A stretch of 64,000 nt of DNA from Eledone cirrhosa (lineage: Eukaryota): the NCBI GenBank assembly GCA_964016885.1, contig OZ024740.1:200756001-200820000 (forward strand), read 5' to 3'. Position numbers and translations under genes: made by a program. Under the pieces are notes generated by a model, which ran no database searches, was not told the DNA's origin, and saw only the letters and a list, made by a program, of their open reading frames with translations. Shown here piece after piece: positions 54,713-64,000 of this stretch (position 1 is its first letter; the number at the start of each line of letters is the position of its first letter).

Positions 54713-54832
54713 GAAGAAGAAGAAGAAGAAGAAGAAGAAGAAGAAGAAGAAGAAGAAGAAGAAGAAGAAGAAGAAGAAGAAGAAGAAGAAGAAGAAGAAG
54801 AAGAAGAAGAAGAAGAAGAAGAAGAAGAAGAA
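54713..54832. repeat. (GAA)~40 microsatellite
   Basis: Perfect trinucleotide run, preceded by an RTE-like 3' remnant and followed by a SINE1 3' end. Confidence 0.95.
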
Positions 54833-54939
54833 GGAATATTTCTACTTCAGGCACAAGGCCAGAAATTTGAAGTGGAAGGAAAAGTCGATTAGAGCAACTC
54901 CAGTGTATTACTGGTACTTTACTTTATCGAATAACGTTA

Positions 54940-55278
54940 CTCAATAGAGTGCATAGCTCAGAGATCAGAGATTCACTCCAGGTAGGGCCACTACTTCTCC
55001 AAATTGAGAGATCACAGCTCCGATATTATCGGCATGTGGTTAGAATGTCAGATGAAAGAAACACTGGACAGATTTCACGGCCAAAACCAATTGGCAGGAG
55101 ACGTTGAGGCAGACCCCGAGAAAGATAGTTGGATAACATCCATGGGCTTGGCTGGTCTCGCTTTGGGATCCAGCTGGATCAGTTGGAGGCGGTTGCTTCT
55201 GATAGGATCTGCTGGAAGGAGTTTTTAAGGCCTTTTTCCCCTCACAACCCTCGCAAGAAGAAGAAGAAGAAGAAGAAG
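54940..55278 (+). mobile_element. Decayed RTE-like 3' end with (GAA)n tail
   Basis: Alternate frames give GHVVRMSDER..NWQ..RGRPR..W; it ends CCCTCGCAAGAAGAAGAA. A related stub lies at 54655-54705. Confidence 0.55.
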
Positions 55279-55695
55279 ATTCAACAGGTGTGGTTGTTTT
55301 AATAGTTTTGTTTGTATGAGTTTGCTATATTTATCAAATAACATTGAAGAAACCCAATATTTTCTCAGTTTTTGAGGAGTCGTGTTTCTGTGGAAGAAGG
55401 AATAAGTAATTCAAAATCTTTATGAATTGAAGTTCCGTTGTCAATTTATTCAACTCTGTGCAGTGACGAAGCAACAGATATGAAGGGGAAACCTTTCAAG
55501 TGTTGTGACCAAAACAATAACAAATAAAGAACAAAATCCGAATGATAAACGTATCCATTGCTGTCACTCGTTGTCGAGTAGAATCAGAAGTCGGAATCCA
55601 CTGTAAAATTATACTTTATAGTCAGGCTCAAAATCTTGAACTCACCATGTGTTTATGCATGTATACATGTATATATATCTATATCTATCTATCTA

Positions 55696-55830
<135 letters not shown>

Positions 55831-55944
55831 ATATGCAACCAGTAGATAGTATTAGTAATTGGAAAGACCAATGAAGACATTCTTTCCTCTGTCCGATTTG
55901 ACGAGCTCCACCGAATCAGCTCTGGGATCTTGTTGAACGACTGT

Positions 55945-56445
55945 TTATATATGTATATATAAATATAATATTCAAAATATTAATAAATGAGAAATACTTT
56001 CATAACCAGAATATATATGTTATTATATATATTTCAAGGGTACAGTGGTTTTTGAATACGCTTTCACCAGATAAAACATAAGAGATTGGTTATTCGACAT
56101 AGCCCTAAGAGAGAGAGTCTTTTTTCTCTCTCTCTTCTTTTTCTCTCCGTATCTTCCTTTTCAACTTCCCTTCTATATTTCTTTGTTTCTTTACGTCTTC
56201 TTCTATAAGTTATCATATTATTTGTGGTATATAAATGTTGAGTATTGAGGATGTAGCTTACTACCACTATAGGGATTGAAGGATCAAGACCTTAGGTGTA
56301 TGTCGAATAACCAATCTCTTGTGTTTTATCTGATGAAAACGTACTTAAAAACCACTGTACCCTTGAAATATATATAATAAAATATATACTTTGGTTTTGA
56401 AAGTATTTCTCATTTATTAATATTTTGAATATTATATATACTCCG
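55945..56445. mobile_element. Inverted PLE-type pseudo-LTR pair (55945-56110, 56290-56445)
   Basis: The arms are reverse complements and each contains a hammerhead core (left copy mutated to CTGGTGA). Confidence 0.75.
56323..56383 (+). ncRNA. Minimal type I hammerhead ribozyme
   Basis: GTTTTAT-CTGATGA-AAACGTAC...GTACCCTT-GAAA-TATATA-TA-ATAAAAT. Confidence 0.7.
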
Positions 56446-56920
56446 GATAAATAACTGTCGAGTGCTTCTAATCTGTTGTAAAAATGAATTCGTTGAATAA
56501 TCAACGAACCATATACACTTTTGGTCATATATATATATATATATATATATATAACAACTAGTTATCGCTCTACATGGCTGAATACAATAAACATAACCTG
56601 AGGTTTTCGAATATCAATAATGATATTAATTGCAAACAGTACTGCATGCCAGCACAAGAGCGAGATGCGGTACTGGGGTGGGGGGGGGGGCTCATTCTAT
56701 TGATATGGCTTATAAAAGAGACTGTTTGCATAATTGCAAACTAATCCTTACGAGGTCGATAGAGGTTACCAGTAATGTACTGTGTAATTACTGGCCTTGT
56801 GCCAAAAGTAGAAACAATTATTAATATTCGAAAAGCTCAGATCACATTATATATATATATATATATGAGTTTTATTGTAGCACACATACATATTACATTA
56901 CATTATTTTATTACGCACAC

Positions 56921-57105
56921 GGGGGGTGGATTGGCAGTATCGGTAGAGGGTCGGATGCCATGCTTTCCAGCATAGTTACGTCTCTTTACGATCTGAGTTC
57001 AAATCCCGCCGAGGTTGACTTTGCCTTTCATCCTTATGGGATCGATAAAATAAAGTACCAGTAACGCACTGGGTAATTGCTGGCCTTGTGCCTAAAGTAG
57101 AAACA
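56921..57105 (+). mobile_element. Full-length SINE family 1 with 19-bp TSD
   Basis: A/B-box-like head; ATTATTTTATTACGCACAC occurs at 56902-56920 and 57106-57124. Confidence 0.92.
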
Positions 57106-57680
57106 ATTATTTTATTACGCACACATATTACATTACATAAAAACAAATTTAAAACCTAACTAATTCCTCTAAATTCATAACTGATTCATTCTGCTCCTTC
57201 TTTTCACATTATATCTTTTATAACATTAATTTTTTTTATTTTAATAATACATATTAATAATTTCTTTTCCTCGCACATATTATTAAACCCTTCAATATAC
57301 AAACCTTAATTTAATATTATTCTTGATTCCTTTTTCTCTTCATGCATAAACCTCATTAACTTTTAATTACAAATTCTTTTAAATTATCTATTATCTTCCA
57401 ACGGCTTTTTAACTTCTCTCTGTGAGACAATATATATTTTTTTCTCAGTTGTAAAGGCTATCTCTCTCTCTCTATTGCCCATCTCTCCTCCTCTCTCATC
57501 CTTCCTTCTTATACTCCTCCCCCACCATTTTTTACTCTCATCTCCTCCCCTTCCTTACCTTTTCCACCCCCTCCCCTCACTTTTTCCCAATCTCATACAT
57601 CAATCTTGAATTATTTTTCATATGTTGATTTAAAACTTCACTATTCACAAGTGTTTTTTAAGCTTCATATCATCTATCCC

Positions 57681-57751
57681 TATTTTATCTGATGAGAACG
57701 CAGATATCATCCTATAATGATATTTGTTTTTGAAATGCGCATAATAAAATA
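57681..57751 (+). ncRNA. Type I hammerhead ribozyme
   Basis: TATTTTAT-CTGATGA-GAACGCAGATATCAT(CCTATA)ATGATATTTGTTTTT-GAAA-TGCGCA-TA-ATAAAATA: 8-bp stem I, long stem II, palindromic stem III. Confidence 0.85.
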
Positions 57752-57787
57752 CTTGGAACTCTTTTAACCATCTTTTGATCTTATATT

Positions 57788-57841
<54 letters not shown>

Positions 57842-57951
57842 GGAGTAGAATGAAACGAAATTTCATTTCTCACTCTTAGTACGCACTTACTTAAATGTAA
57901 GTATGTATGTATGTATACGTACATACATATATGTATACAGACGTACAGTAG

Positions 57952-60701
<2,750 letters not shown>

Positions 60702-60734
60702 AATAATAATAATAACAATAATAATAATAATAAT

Positions 60735-63700
60735 GATTTCATTTATTGGCCACAAGGGCCGACATATAGGGGACAATACAAAAGACTGGGACAGTGGGGT
60801 TTTACAGAAAAATCGAGTAAACAATATGAATAACAATAACAAAGTAACAATAAAATTACAACAAAAAAAGATTCCCCAATAGGGGGGATGACCACCCAGG
60901 CTTCGCTCAGGTACCCCACCAATCCTGAACGACCCGACGCTTTGAGTGCAACCTGGAAGGGCACCCCTCTCCTCCTCAAATTTACCTACCTACAGCCGCA
61001 TGACCAGAGTAGGCCCACTCACAGGGGCCATTCTCGCCACATTCACCCACCTTTCAGCAAATGTACTGGGAGGCAGCACTTCTCTCTCCACCCTCACCTT
61101 CCTTTCCAAGTGAAACTTGAAAAAGTTGATGAGGGATTGGCCGAAGAGAAAAGTGTCTGTCTTCGGTCCTTTCAACCTCGTCCACCATTCAACCTCTTTC
61201 GCTACTGCCACCGGACAGAGGAAAATTGCCTGCCCTTCCTGGGCAAAAGAAGGCGGCGGGTCGATCTTCACTAAGGACGCGGCCGATAGCCGGATCCGTT
61301 CTACACGCGACAACAGCTGTTCAACATAACTCTACGAGTCAGTAATGCACGGACACTGGACGAGTGCCTGAAGAACGGTTTCGTCGCTCTGCGCGCATCT
61401 CGGGAAGGTCCGTCTTGCAACACTTCCGTGCCTGTAGAGTTTATCTCGAACCGGCAGTGCCTCCCGGCAGCACTGCCAAGCGAGGGATTTTTGGAAATTA
61501 TCCATCGTCCCCGGCTCGAAAGTCCTCCAGTACAGACTTCTTAGTTCGATTTCGTTGACTCCCAAAGCCTCTCCGAGTGCGTCCTCGCACTTGCCCACCA
61601 CTAAGCCTCTATAGAAATCGAGAGAGGAAGTTCCACTGACCGCATTACCCGCCTGATAGAGGGCAGTGAGTGCTTGGCAACATTCCAGATGCCAGTCACC
61701 AGCCTCGGTCTCTTCTTGACCCAGGACTGCAGCTCAGTCAAGGAAACGAGCTGCGGAAAGGCCCGTCTGACAAACGGCGACCACAACTGTTCACCGTTTA
61801 GGCAGAATATATGGAGATGCCGCAGCCTCAGCGCGTGCTTGCGCATCATTAGCCACGGCATCCCCACCCCTCCACGTAGAGGGTGCTGGCATTAGATGGA
61901 CCGCCTCACCAGCGGAACCTGACCCATCCACAAGAATTTGAAGAGGAGCCGCTACAAGATGGCGAGGCACGAACGGGGGCAAGGGACGAGGGTCAGACGG
62001 TAGTAGATGACGGACGCGATGTACGCGTTCGCCACCTCCGCGCGATCTTTCAGTCATAGCTTCATCCCAGACCATTTCTGGGTGAGAGTGGCTACCCTGC
62101 CCGTCACTTCGTCCCATTTCATATCCACCTGCAGGTCTGGCCCGAACCATATTCCGAGCAACTTTACCGGTCCGTCCGTCCAGCGTTAACGACGCTGTTA
62201 GAGGGCATGGACTTGCCTCTCCAGGTGCCGAGTTGCAAGCCCACCGACTTTTCCGGGTTAAGTTTTGCTCCCGTCAACCTTTCATATTCCTCCAATAAGT
62301 TGCCGACCACCTCCATTTTTGAGGTGTCCGACGCCATCACGGTGATGTCGTCCGCATAAGCCGACACAGCCTTTCCACGTCCCGGTTCGAGCGGGATGCC
62401 CTGCAACAGCTCCAGCTTCCGCAGTAAAGGCTCGACAGTCAAATTGTACAGAAGGGAGGAGAGAGGGCACCCTTGACGGACCGATCGGGAGGCCTGAAAC
62501 GGTTCCGAAAGGTGGCCATCTCTTTTTACCATCGAGCAGGTGCCGCTGCGTATTCCAGCGATCCAGCTTCTGAAGAGTGGGCCGAAGCTAGCCGCCTTGA
62601 GGACAGCTCCAGGTACCGATGGTCGACCCTATCGAATGCTTTCGATTGATCTAAATTGATTAGAGCCCCACAGAAGCCAGGTTTACACTCTACCCTCTCT
62701 ATGATGTATCGCATTAGGTGGAGGTTGTCGTGTATGGACGTGGTTGGGATTGCGCAAGTTTGCGCCTCTCCAACCAAATCCCAGACGACAAGCGCCGACC
62801 TCTTCGCTAACACCCTGGCCAAAATCTTAAACTCTGTGTTGAGCAGAGTTATGGGCCTGAAATTGTCTAATGTGTCCCTCTTGTTCTCGTCTTTCCTTAT
62901 CAGCGTCACTACGCCCCGGCTCACAGAACTGGGAATACTCCCGTTTTGCTGCCAGTTGCAGTAGAGGGCTTCGAGGAGATTTGAGAACAAGTCTGGCATA
63001 TTTACGTAAAGCTCGTAGGGCTGACCATCCAAACCGGGTGACTTGCGCCTCATGCATCCTGACTCTCGGCTGAAGTAATTGGCCTTTCGCAGCGCCCAGC
63101 GTCAGCCGTCAAGAGTTGCGACAAGCCATCGAGGTAGGGACTGAAGTCCGCCACCATCTCTGACCCGCCACTTCCCCCGAACAACCGACCAAAATATTGG
63201 CGAAAGGCCACACACATCCGCTTGGAATCGGTCAACTCGCGTCCGTCTCGGTCCGTCAAAGGCCGAATCGTGGTTTTATTACCACGCTGCGCCTCTTCCA
63301 CGCGGGCCCATCGAACAGCTTTTGTTCCCTCGTTTCTCAGAGCACGCGCCTTAGCTCTGACAATGCAACCCTCGTGTTTCGCATTGAAGAAATGGTCTAA
63401 TGCCATTCTCGCCACTAGCACATCAGTTGCAATGTCACTACCAATAGCCTCGTCTAACTTATCTACCAACTCCCCCTCCTTTCTATTTTCTCTAACGCTA
63501 CTTCTTTGCTAAACTCTATCGACATTACTCTAATCTCCCTTTTGAGAGCCCCCCACCTTCTATTGTTGACGACTCCCCCTGTCAACTTTTTCTTAACTAA
63601 ATTATTGACCGGGTCCCTGTAAGCCTTATGTGCCGGAAATGACATGTTTAGCTTCCAGTAACCAGATCCTAACCTACGCGTCTTATCTAGGTCGACCATA

Positions 63701-64000
63701 CAGATCACAAACTTGTGATCTGAATAGGCGACCGTTTCAAAACGTGGACAGCTTACACTATTTATGTCTATTTTCCTAATGAATATCCTGTCTATATACG
63801 ATCTAGATGACCCTATGCTGTTAGTCCAGGTCCACACTGGCGCATTAGGGAAATCTAGTCGGTACCAGTCAGACAGTTGGAACCGGCTGATCAGGTTCTT
63901 GAGGCTGTTGCACCCCTCGCTCCTATCGGATACTCCCAGACAGTCCCAGCGTGCGTCTAAGATGCCGTTCCAGTCCCCCGCTAACAGTAAAGGGCGAGAC
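60735..64000 (-). mobile_element. Tx1/L1-type element 2, ORF2 (APE + RT + Zn knuckle), frameshifted; runs off the window end
   Basis: WTW..SYIDRIF..SDHK..WKLN, KSPGLDG, FRPITLLN, LDQSKAFDRV, RQGCPLS, AYADD; 3' AATAAA + (ATT)n at 60702-60734. Confidence 0.92.

Overview
Eukaryotic, AT-rich, almost entirely repeat-derived DNA. It is most likely from a cephalopod (Octopus-like), inferred from the dense (TA)n/(CA)n/(CATA)n microsatellites and the tRNA-derived SINE families. No confident host gene is present. The window is a retroelement graveyard containing: two long Penelope-like elements (RT + C-terminal GIY-YIG) and many PLE pseudo-LTR fold-backs at (TA)n tracts; two tandem R4/Dong-type RLE elements bounded by (CATA)n; two tandem Tx1-type elements bounded by (ATT)n; RTE-type and CRE-type fragments; two SINE families; a hAT-like MITE; and a ~2.7 kb 44-bp satellite. 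Main observations: (i) about 10 type I hammerhead ribozyme motifs, including an ORF-less 540-nt tandem unit that looks like a retrozyme; (ii) a covarying CUUGU-loop hairpin plus (ATT)n tail shared by the Tx1 elements and the common SINE, suggesting a Tx1-LINE/SINE partnership; (iii) apparent partitioning of microsatellite targets among retroelement clades; (iv) an RTE ORF ending in three C2H2 fingers; (v) an RTE copy with a twin-priming inversion. All calls were made by eye; boundaries of decayed elements are approximate, and novelty was not checked against any database.
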